Shown: piece by piece, positions 18,092-26,179 of the stretch
Position numbering within the stretch: position 1 is the first letter of the stretch
Layout: every line of letters begins with the position of its first letter
Source: Candidatus Saccharimonadota bacterium
Lineage (GTDB): Bacteria > Pseudomonadota > Alphaproteobacteria > CAJXXZ01 > 1604HC
Direction of reading: 5' to 3'
NCBI RefSeq assembly: GCF_008189405.1
Contig: NZ_CP043316.1
Span: forward strand, 300,001-332,000
DNA: 32,000 bases
The notes under the pieces: generated by a model
The model's database searches: none
Seen by the model: only the letters and a program-made list of their open reading frames with translations
What the model was told of the DNA's origin: nothing
Program-made: the position numbers and the translations under genes

Positions 18092-19510
18092 ATGATGAAT
18101 AATAAAAACACATTCTCACTTTATATACACTGGCCATTTTGTAGAAAAAAATGTTCATATTGCGATTTGAATAGCCATGTACGCGATTCTATTGATGAAA
18201 ATGTTTGGATCGATGGGCTAATCAAAGAAATGCACTATTGGCATAAATTCACTGCTCACTATAAAATGGAAACTATCTTTTTTGGTGGTGGAACTCCATC
18301 ATTAATACAGCCTAAAAATATAGAAAAAATTATTAAAACTGCAAAAACATTATGGAAACCTTATACTAATAGCAAAAATAATCACTTATATATAGGCAGT
18401 AATAATTTATATAAGGGTAGAGAAATAGATAATTTATATAAAAATGATGAAATAGAAATTACATTAGAGACTAACCCATCATCATTGGAAGCAAATTCAT
18501 TGCGAGAATTCAAAAATGCAGGTATAAATCGTATTTCTTTTGGTGTCCAATCATTGGATGATGACATTTTACATTTATTGAATCGTACGCATAATGCAGA
18601 AGAGGCTTTGAAGTTCATTCAATCAAGCCTGGACATATTCAATAATGTTTCTGTAGATATTATGTATGGACTACCTACTCATACATTACAAACCTTACAA
18701 AGCACACTTGATAATTTATTAAAGCTTAATATTCATCATATATCTATTTACGAACTAACTCTTCAGAAAAACACATTACTTAACCACCAAATTGAAAATA
18801 AAGAATTGTTTTTGCCTTGCGATGAGCAAATTGCTAATGAATATGAATTGATTTTGAAAAGTTGTAAAAAACATGAGTATAATAGATATGAAATTTCAAG
18901 TTTCTCTTTGCCTGGCTATGAAAGTAGGCATAATCAAAATTATTGGCATAGTAAGCAGTTCATAGGCATTGGACCTGGAGCACATGGACGAATTTTTATA
19001 GAAAATGAAAATGATTTATATAGTATTATGCAAACTTCTACTAATATAAATGAAAGTACCAGTGTAAATAAAAATGTCTCTTCTAACCAATCTGCAGATT
19101 TTACAATTATTCCGCAAAGTGAATTAAATAAATCCAAAAATTCATATAATTCATATAGCAATGAAATTACATCTAAAAAATCTCATTACTACTCAATAGA
19201 AAATTCAAAGATACCTGAAAAATGGCTTGAAAAAGTACAAAACAAACACAATGGGTTAAAAGTATTTGAAAATATTGATATAGATACGCAAATCCAAGAG
19301 TTTATCATGATGGGTTTAAGAGTCACTGATGGATTTAGTATTTTAGATTTTGAATCTAGATTTCAAGTAAAATTTAGTACTATTACCTCCCAAGATAAAA
19401 TTAATAAATTACTTGATCATAATTATATTGAAATTAACCAACATAATATAAAACTTACATATTCAGGCATTATACGCCATGGCGCTATTTGTAAATATTT
19501 GATCTTTTAG
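18092..19510 (+). CDS. hemW: Radical SAM heme chaperone HemW / oxygen-independent coproporphyrinogen oxidase-like protein, with two low-complexity insertions
   Basis: LYIHWPFCRKKCSYCDL (CxxxCxxC radical SAM cluster), FFGGGTPS, LETNP, NRISFGVQS, D.MYGLP, IS.YEL, YEIS.F, NYW and GIGPGAHG are present. At 472 aa it is about 90 aa longer than typical HemW. Confidence 0.85.
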   Translation: MMNNKNTFSLYIHWPFCRKKCSYCDLNSHVRDSIDENVWIDGLIKEMHYWHKFTAHYKMETIFFGGGTPSLIQPKNIEKIIKTAKTLWKPYTNSKNNHLYIGSNNLYKGREIDNLYKNDEIEITLETNPSSLEANSLREFKNAGINRISFGVQSLDDDILHLLNRTHNAEEALKFIQSSLDIFNNVSVDIMYGLPTHTLQTLQSTLDNLLKLNIHHISIYELTLQKNTLLNHQIENKELFLPCDEQIANEYELILKSCKKHEYNRYEISSFSLPGYESRHNQNYWHSKQFIGIGPGAHGRIFIENENDLYSIMQTSTNINESTSVNKNVSSNQSADFTIIPQSELNKSKNSYNSYSNEITSKKSHYYSIENSKIPEKWLEKVQNKHNGLKVFENIDIDTQIQEFIMMGLRVTDGFSILDFESRFQVKFSTITSQDKINKLLDHNYIEINQHNIKLTYSGIIRHGAICKYLIF

Positions 19511-19524
19511 ATAAAACAATCAAA

Positions 19525-22026
19525 TTACATAGGGATTTCTTCAGGATCTCCACCTCCATTTCCTATCTCTAATATTGATAAAGCATGTTCAGATCCTGGG
19601 AAAGGGCTCATTATCAAGTATATGTGCATAAATCGTAAGAATTGAGACTGTGTACTTATTAACAATCTTAATACATTTTCATTTTGTGCTATGTATGACA
19701 TATATTTTCTAACCATACATCCAGCCTCATATTTTAAGCTGTTATTATTAATATTAATATTTTCATAATCCATAATTGTATTTGTAACAAATGTTAATAA
19801 ATGTAAATATGCTGGATGATTATTTTCTCCAAATTCTGCAATCTGTTTTTTCATATAGCAGAATAGCTCGCTGTCATACTGCTTCAAAAACAATGCTGTA
19901 TTCATATTTGGTTCGATTGCAATTTTACTGAATAATTTTGTTAATACTTTATCGTATATATTATCCAAATTATTTGCCTCTAGATCTGAAGTGTCTTTAT
20001 TTCTCATTATTGCGACTGCTAAGTCAATTGCTTGTTTTTTAGTTAATGCTTTTGCAATATTAATATCATTATCATTACTTGTAAAGCTTTGAGAAAACAT
20101 ATGATCTATTTTTAATACTGTATCAGATTGTTTGTTTCCACTACTATCATATACAACATCATCATTTGAATTAGAGAATCCATATTTGAAGATTTGAGAC
20201 AAAATTTCTCTTCGTTTTTGTCTATTGTCATCATTATGAGCTATATCTTCAAAAACAACTGAATTATTCTTCAATGCTCTTAATTTAAATACACTATCTA
20301 TTCCATTAGCATATCCACTTAGTGTATTAATCACAATATTGTAATCATTTTTATTTGCATTGCCATCTTCATAAGGTGTTATATTCATATCTTCATTATA
20401 TAAACCTTTAAATAATTGCATAATATCTGGAGCAAAAGCAATTGCAAACTTTGTGACTTCAGATCTGATTTCTTGTTTACCTATCTCATTAGATTCTTCA
20501 CTCATAAATATATCAGCAACATGTTTTATAGATAATTGTAAATCCCCACCATTAATATCTTTATAATTAGATATAAGCCCTTTATCTAAGTGAGCATTAA
20601 CAACTCCAGAAGCCATAGGGAAGATATATTTATTCTGCATTACAAATGGGTTGCCATCACTAAATTCAGCACCATTAAGCAAAGCATATATTTCTGATAT
20701 ATTATTAATATCTGAACTTAAAATAGAGTATCTTCTAGTTATATGATGTATTGTATCGTTAATCAGCTCTAGTTTATCTGGATCAGCAAGGTACATATTA
20801 GCAGACATTATGCTTTTTAAATCATCATGCTTCAGCATATTTTCTTTAGTAAATGATTCAAGAGTTGGGAACCATAATGGCATCATGTATCTTAGATAAT
20901 CAGATGCTAAATTATCAAATTGTAGATTAATTCGATCATTACGGTAACTTAGCACTCTGCGTTCAGGTTGTTGAAATTGATTAAATTGACCAAGCATAAA
21001 TTCAGAGTATAATGTATCAAAATTATCATCATTAAGAATTGATGCTTCATCATCAGAAATATTATTGATAATCATCGTAATCGCATCTATCACATTTTGA
21101 GATGGATTTGTAAAACCACATGAAGATTTCTCTATAATAGTTTTTACTAACCACATTGCATGTACTGAAGATTCAATTGGAACAGGGTTATTTCTTTTAT
21201 CAAAAATATAATGATTCACGAATTGTGTAGCTGAGATACTTCCATCTTGTAATTCATTCAACCATTTAACTTGATACTCACCTACAATACCTAAGATTTC
21301 TGGATTTCTTTCTGGGCGTATAAGTATATTAAGATTTGCACAATTATGTTGCAATTGAGCAAAAGATATAATACTGATTATAGAATCATTCATAGAATGC
21401 CTTGAATTCACTTCCAAACAAATACGCTTCATTGTATCTACATTATGTGTATCATCAAGTGAACTTTTTAATTTATTATCTTTTAGTAATGCAATTTGTA
21501 ATTTATAAGACTTAAGAATATGGAAAAATTTATCAGCATCTTTGTAGTAAGATCTTTGATCATCAGATAACTTATTTTTATCAGATAGTAAATCTCTTAC
21601 AAGATGATCAGTTGTTAGATCAACTTTTGCAACATGATGTATATCATCATCTTGCACATCTGCCAAATCTGTATTGACATTAAAATTGTTACCAAAGTGA
21701 TGTAATTCATTTTTTGTATAATCATAGCTAAAAACTTCATCAAATGCTTTCCCATTCCTATTACACTTTAATCTGTAAGCAACATATCCAGTAGATCTAG
21801 ATTCCAATGAATTAATTCCATCAAATTCAATTTCATCTTTGATTAAAAAGTTTTTAATTGCATCGCTATCCATACCATGTAACCAAGATCTCAAGCAATT
21901 TGATTCATTATTTATTAAACCAGGGCAAGTACTTAGCTTACTATAATCAGTAGGCTGTTCCTTTCTTGCAAATGATGTTTGCAACATGCAAATAGTTAGC
22001 AATGGTAATAATTTTCTATTATTCAT
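19525..22026 (-). CDS. Large exported protein of unknown function (833 aa). It is a paralog of 10183..13929.
   Basis: There is a Sec-type signal (RKLLPLLTICMLQTSFA|RKE). GGAGG lies 4 nt upstream of the ATG. N-terminal residues ~30-215 are collinear with the 1248-aa protein. Further shared patches are HAMWLVKTIIEKSSC..NVIDAI versus YAMKIIKHIIMLSNC..DALDAI, and SELFCYMKKQI versus FELFLCNTKKQI. Confidence 0.8.
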   Translation of the reverse strand: MNNRKLLPLLTICMLQTSFARKEQPTDYSKLSTCPGLINNESNCLRSWLHGMDSDAIKNFLIKDEIEFDGINSLESRSTGYVAYRLKCNRNGKAFDEVFSYDYTKNELHHFGNNFNVNTDLADVQDDDIHHVAKVDLTTDHLVRDLLSDKNKLSDDQRSYYKDADKFFHILKSYKLQIALLKDNKLKSSLDDTHNVDTMKRICLEVNSRHSMNDSIISIISFAQLQHNCANLNILIRPERNPEILGIVGEYQVKWLNELQDGSISATQFVNHYIFDKRNNPVPIESSVHAMWLVKTIIEKSSCGFTNPSQNVIDAITMIINNISDDEASILNDDNFDTLYSEFMLGQFNQFQQPERRVLSYRNDRINLQFDNLASDYLRYMMPLWFPTLESFTKENMLKHDDLKSIMSANMYLADPDKLELINDTIHHITRRYSILSSDINNISEIYALLNGAEFSDGNPFVMQNKYIFPMASGVVNAHLDKGLISNYKDINGGDLQLSIKHVADIFMSEESNEIGKQEIRSEVTKFAIAFAPDIMQLFKGLYNEDMNITPYEDGNANKNDYNIVINTLSGYANGIDSVFKLRALKNNSVVFEDIAHNDDNRQKRREILSQIFKYGFSNSNDDVVYDSSGNKQSDTVLKIDHMFSQSFTSNDNDINIAKALTKKQAIDLAVAIMRNKDTSDLEANNLDNIYDKVLTKLFSKIAIEPNMNTALFLKQYDSELFCYMKKQIAEFGENNHPAYLHLLTFVTNTIMDYENININNNSLKYEAGCMVRKYMSYIAQNENVLRLLISTQSQFLRFMHIYLIMSPFPGSEHALSILEIGNGGGDPEEIPM

Positions 22027-22185
22027 TATTCCTCCGTATATTTTTATAAATTAAAACAGTTTATTATTAACATTATGTAAATTTAGCATATATTTTGCTG
22101 TATTTTATTATTAATTGCTTATATTACTAAAAATAAAACCTACCTAAATATTGCTATTAGATACCTTACAATATAACATTATTTT

Positions 22186-23364
22186 ATGTTTTGCTCTGGC
22201 CCAACAAAAAAATATGCAGAATTTTCATCCTATAATTTATTAGAAGGTTTAGGTAGATCTCATAGATCTGATTTATGGGAAAATAAAATTCAAGATATAT
22301 ATTCTTTAATTAAAAAATCATTACAAATCCCAGATAATTACCAAATAGGGTTTATCAATGGATCAGCAACAGCAGCAATAGATTCATTGTTTTGGAATTT
22401 TTTAGGTTCAAAACCATGTCATGTGCTAGAGACTGGAGTATTTAGTAAAAGATGGGGAAATGAGATATTTAATGTACTAAAAATCCCTGGAAAATCAATT
22501 CAGCCCATCAACTTAATCAAGCAAACTAACTCATATCAAAATAATTTTGATAATCTAAATAATACTAATTATGGTCCTAATGTTCTAAATAACAGATTCA
22601 ATTATAATTATGATTTCGTATTTACTATGGTAGAAACCACAAATGGATCTAGGTGGTTTGATAAAAATGTTTTAAATAAAATTCAAGGATTAAAGTTCTG
22701 TGATGCAACCTCTGCAGTCTTTTGTGAGAATATAGATTGGAATTTATTAGACTATACTGCTTTTTCATTTCAAAAAGCATTAGGTGCAGAAGCTGGAATA
22801 GGATGTGTTGTATTAAGCCCTAAAGCTATCGATCATATGAATAATCATAATCCTAAATTCCCAACCCCACGATTTCTACAAATCAATCATAGTATTTTCC
22901 AAGGAAAGCTTAATAATACCCCATCACTTATTTCATTAAATGATATTGCGATTAACTTAAGCATTTTTTTAAATAAAGGTGGGTTACCAAATGCAATCAA
23001 GCAATGCAAGTTGAATCAAAGTCAAATTATGGATATTTTATCTCCAACATTACAGTGTATAAACTGCAATCACATCAATACAAATCATAATGCAAATGCA
23101 ATTTTATGCATGGAAATGAGTCAATGGGGAAATAATCTCATTAATCATAATATATATAGTGATAAAATAAGTAAAAATATAATAGATGAAGAAAAATGGC
23201 GAATCATACATAAAGTTGCCAAACAATCTGAGCAATTCGGAATATTTGATATAGCAGGACATCCTGAAGATACTCCATGTTGGAGATTTTGGATTGGGCC
23301 CACTATAGATAAAATTCAATCATATATTAACCAATTTATAGATATTATAAGGGATGCAATTTAG
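22186..23364 (+). CDS. serC: Phosphoserine aminotransferase (alphaproteobacterial long-form SerC)
   Basis: FCSGPTKK, GRSHRS, DNYQIGF.NGSAT.AIDS, FCDATSAVF..NIDW..LDYTAFSFQKALGAEAG (PLP-Lys context SxQK), LSPKAI, NTPS and WRFWIGPTI are collinear with the alpha-type SerC pattern (FSSGP ... GRSHR ... ICDATSA ... SWQKvLGGE ... RIWCGATV). Confidence 0.8.
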   Translation: MFCSGPTKKYAEFSSYNLLEGLGRSHRSDLWENKIQDIYSLIKKSLQIPDNYQIGFINGSATAAIDSLFWNFLGSKPCHVLETGVFSKRWGNEIFNVLKIPGKSIQPINLIKQTNSYQNNFDNLNNTNYGPNVLNNRFNYNYDFVFTMVETTNGSRWFDKNVLNKIQGLKFCDATSAVFCENIDWNLLDYTAFSFQKALGAEAGIGCVVLSPKAIDHMNNHNPKFPTPRFLQINHSIFQGKLNNTPSLISLNDIAINLSIFLNKGGLPNAIKQCKLNQSQIMDILSPTLQCINCNHINTNHNANAILCMEMSQWGNNLINHNIYSDKISKNIIDEEKWRIIHKVAKQSEQFGIFDIAGHPEDTPCWRFWIGPTIDKIQSYINQFIDIIRDAI

Positions 23365-24244
23365 TAAAAAGCTAATTATATTATTATCACATTTTCCATT
23401 TTTCAAAAAAAATACAGAAGATCGAAATATTGCACGCGTAATAGCTGATGTGGTTCATGATAAAAATTGTTATAAATCAAAAAGTAATCTCAATAAATGT
23501 ATCTTAGATTTAATCACAACTAAAAAATATGAAATAAACAGATTAGCACAATCTGCAAAAACAGATACGGTAAAAAGATTTATATATAAATATAATGCAA
23601 ATAAAAGAAACCTTGAGAAATCTAATATGATTGGAGAGGTTTACCCTAAGCATCGTAAATATGATAAAGCTATTTTATTATATGATGAAGATCAAAATAT
23701 CGAAGTATTTAGAGCTAAATTAATATTTTTAGAAACATTACACTCAAAAGGATATTCTTGGGACAAAATTGATATTATCGTTAGTTCGAAAATGAAAAAT
23801 TATAGCTTTGAAACCCTTTCAATCTTAAATAATAAATCAAAAAAACTTCCAATTAATACAAACATCAAAATAGATAAATCATCATATAAACCATCCAATG
23901 ATCTTGAAATTGTAAAATACATATTGGAACAAATGAAAATTAGCCCTGCACTATCTAAGCAGATAAACTTTTATGTTAAACAAGAATCAATTAATCAATT
24001 AATGGAAAATTGGATTGAAGATAATTATAATACCAAAGCAATTGATATTCAAATTAACCCTACAATTCCATACTATAAATCTAAATGGAATACATATTCA
24101 AATTATGATGCTAATAAAATTGAAGTTATAGGAGGTGAAGGTGTAACAGATAGCGAATCTCCAATAAGGCTTTATAAGAATGCTGAACTTATATTAAGCA
24201 ATATAGGAATGTACTACAGTAACTTATATAAATACCACTTCTAA
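23354..24244 (+). CDS. Hypothetical protein, 296 aa, Lys/Asn-rich, with no signal peptide recognised
   Basis: It is a long intact ORF on the coding strand that overlaps the serC stop by 11 nt. I could identify no motif. Confidence 0.5.
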   Translation: MQFSKKLIILLSHFPFFKKNTEDRNIARVIADVVHDKNCYKSKSNLNKCILDLITTKKYEINRLAQSAKTDTVKRFIYKYNANKRNLEKSNMIGEVYPKHRKYDKAILLYDEDQNIEVFRAKLIFLETLHSKGYSWDKIDIIVSSKMKNYSFETLSILNNKSKKLPINTNIKIDKSSYKPSNDLEIVKYILEQMKISPALSKQINFYVKQESINQLMENWIEDNYNTKAIDIQINPTIPYYKSKWNTYSNYDANKIEVIGGEGVTDSESPIRLYKNAELILSNIGMYYSNLYKYHF

Positions 24245-24372
24245 TACAAGGTAGTTTATATAACTTGATACAGGCATAAAAAATATAGAGCTAACAAATA
24301 ATTTGCATAATTATATATTGAAGCTTTATTATAAATAAAATTATTTATTTGATTATGGGTATTTTTAATAAT

Positions 24373-24810
24373 TTATCCATTTTTAGAATGCTTGAATAAA
24401 TCTTCAATTTGCTGCATAGATAAGATCAAATCATTGAAAGATAATGTAAGGAATTTTTCATATCCTTCTAGGTATTTATCAATTTCATATTGTAATTTAT
24501 TAAGAGTATCTAACCCTTTCTTTGACAATGTAATTTCATATGCTCTTTTATCATATTTAGATTTTTCTTGTTTGATATAACCATACTTTTTCATTTGTTT
24601 AATATTGTATGGAATATTAGGTAAAAAATAATTATTTGATAGTTCTAATAATCCAAATTTATTTTCTGATATAAATAATAATAGTACAGCTTGTGTAGCA
24701 GATAGATCATTTATATTAATATTTTTTATATTATTTTTCATAGTACTAAACACAACTTTATTTAATCTAATAATATGTTCTAATAATATATTAAAACCTT
24801 TTCTTTCCAT
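24373..24810 (-). CDS. MarR-family winged-helix transcriptional regulator
   Basis: At 145 aa it has LSATQAVLLLFI......LLELS (helix-turn-helix), then KQMKKYGYIKQEKSKYDKRAYEITLSKKGLDTL (wing; cf. L...G.i.r....D.R...i.LT.kG). The SD-like AAGAGGG lies upstream of the ATG. Confidence 0.8.
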   Translation of the reverse strand: MERKGFNILLEHIIRLNKVVFSTMKNNIKNININDLSATQAVLLLFISENKFGLLELSNNYFLPNIPYNIKQMKKYGYIKQEKSKYDKRAYEITLSKKGLDTLNKLQYEIDKYLEGYEKFLTLSFNDLILSMQQIEDLFKHSKNG

Positions 24811-24858
24811 AATTATGCCCTCTTTTATATCATTTAATATACTTATTATAATTTTGAT

Positions 24859-24891
24859 ACATTTAAATAAAGTAAAATAAAATTTAAATGT
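24859..24891. promoter_or_regulatory. Perfect 10-bp inverted repeat (ACATTTAAAT - 13 nt - ATTTAAATGT) in the divergent marR / birA-like intergenic region; candidate operator
   Basis: Read directly from the sequence: 24859..24868 is acatttaaat and 24882..24891 is atttaaatgt, which are exact reverse complements. It lies between the divergently transcribed 24810 (-) and 24931 (+) start codons. The AT-rich background makes a chance occurrence plausible. Confidence 0.35.
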
Positions 24892-24930
24892 TTTTAGTAT
24901 AATTTTAAATTAACATTGATATTATAACTC

Positions 24931-25515
24931 ATGTCTATTAACTTACCTTTAGGGTTCCAATTGATAATCAATAATAATATTATAGAATATGCAAATGCAA
25001 ATAAGCTAGAAAATAATACTGTGTTTATTTCTGAAGATGCATTAAAAAACCATAATAATTTAGAGGTATATTTTGCATTTAATCGATTTTCTAAATCAGA
25101 ATTGCTATTTATATCTATTATTTCCATACATAAATTGTTATCTAATATAAATATAAAGTGTGAATTAATCTGGCCAAATAAATTAGTTATCCAAAATAAA
25201 ATTATTGCACAATGTAATACTCAAAGTGTGAATAGTATGCAAATAGTTAAAATAAAAATAAAATCTATAATAAGTAATAAGCATATCTTAATTAAACTAT
25301 GCGAACAAATGAACTTTAAATTGCACCAAATTAGCATGATTGGGAAGCATTATATTATAAACCAAATCCAAGCACTAATCAGGCAAAAAAAGAAAGAATA
25401 TGAAAATATACCTTTTCTAATACAAAATATAGATAAAAATGGCGATTTACAAATAGTTTCTTCAGATTATACAAAGCATAAGCTAAAGTTAGATGATTTT
25501 ATATGTAATACTTAA
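24931..25515 (+). CDS. Highly divergent biotin-protein ligase (BirA/BPL)-like protein, possibly catalytically degenerate
   Basis: CELIWPNKLVIQNKIIAQ (25171..) resembles the BPL hallmark (l/i)KWPND(l/i)....kK(l/i)(a/s)GIL. The upstream IIEYAN....NTVFISED resembles idSTN....g.vv.Ae.Q. The expected GRGRxGRxW loop position reads ALKNHNNLEVYF, and no GIGxN block is evident. Confidence 0.45.
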   Translation: MSINLPLGFQLIINNNIIEYANANKLENNTVFISEDALKNHNNLEVYFAFNRFSKSELLFISIISIHKLLSNINIKCELIWPNKLVIQNKIIAQCNTQSVNSMQIVKIKIKSIISNKHILIKLCEQMNFKLHQISMIGKHYIINQIQALIRQKKKEYENIPFLIQNIDKNGDLQIVSSDYTKHKLKLDDFICNT

Positions 25516-26081
25516 GTATTATTACATAAATATAAATAAGCAGGTGGGAAATTATTCAATATATATCCACATTTATTGGCATTTAACCCATATTTTTTTG
25601 ATTTCTTTTTAAAAAATGGACTATATGACATTTGTAAATAATCTACACCAGAATCTACAAATCTAGCAAATAATTTCATGATTTGTGTTGATTTTTCAGC
25701 TCCTAATGATATTAATGGTAATGTAGAAACAAAGCTATTAATTGTATCTATACCTAATTCCACCAATATATCATCAATATGTAAAATATCTCTGTTTAGA
25801 ACCTTAGCCTTTGGGAATTTTTTAGCTAAAACGCTACAAAACTCATTATCTATTTCAAAACAAATAATTTTTTCTTCTGGCACTCCATGTTTGATTAATG
25901 ATTCTGTAACTGTTCCTGTTCCTGATCCCACTTCAATTATAAAGCCATCTTTATTTAGATTTATATTTTTAGCAAAACACTTCCCAACAGAAGATGTGCT
26001 AGGAATTATAGACCCCATTCTAAATGGATTTGCAAACCATTTTTTTAGAAATATTCTCTTACTCACAAGATATTTTACCAA
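25512..26081 (-). CDS. Class I SAM-dependent methyltransferase, PmtA-like (COG3963 phospholipid N-methyltransferase type)
   Basis: FLKKWFANPFRMGSIIPSTSSVGK, FIIEVGSGTGTVTE (GxGxG SAM motif I), ICFEID.EF...L...FP and the C-terminal NNFPPAYLYLC follow the Rhodobacter-type PmtA layout (F...P...G...PSS ... E.G.GTG ... N.PPA.vy.c). The start codon is TTG. Confidence 0.6.
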   Translation of the reverse strand: MVKYLVSKRIFLKKWFANPFRMGSIIPSTSSVGKCFAKNINLNKDGFIIEVGSGTGTVTESLIKHGVPEEKIICFEIDNEFCSVLAKKFPKAKVLNRDILHIDDILVELGIDTINSFVSTLPLISLGAEKSTQIMKLFARFVDSGVDYLQMSYSPFFKKKSKKYGLNANKCGYILNNFPPAYLYLCNNT

Positions 26082-26179
26082 ATCACAATATTTCTGTCAA
26101 AAATGCAGAATGATCAGCTTTTATGAAATTATTACTTATTTTGATTAATTATTTTTTATAAAGTTTTTTGCTTGCTTTC

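Noticed and set aside
24894-25127. 77-aa minus-strand ORF upstream of marR
   Set aside because: It overlaps the 5' part of the birA-like ORF, whose frame continues into the WPN core. The sequence is hydrophobic and low-complexity with no recognisable features. It cannot be fully excluded as a small membrane protein, but it is unsupported.
25511-25516. Convergent birA-like and methyltransferase genes share overlapping stop codons within the palindrome CTTAAG
   Set aside because: The overlap is real (TAA on both strands, 25513..25515 and 25514..25512). It is best explained as genome compaction, with no evidence of a regulatory role.
25678-26148. 156-aa plus-strand ORF, and other track ORFs that lie antisense to clearly conserved genes: 801..1022, 4166..4396, 5757..5942, 8553..8750, 18382..18618, 18940..19161, 23104..23319, 24392..24580, 27081..27311, 28904..29170, 29733..29921
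   Set aside because: Each lies wholly or largely inside a gene on the opposite strand that has strong family motifs or paralog support. Their translations are low-complexity Ile/Phe/Leu/Ser-rich, as expected for antisense frames of AT-rich genes where stop codons are depleted. No independent evidence supports them.
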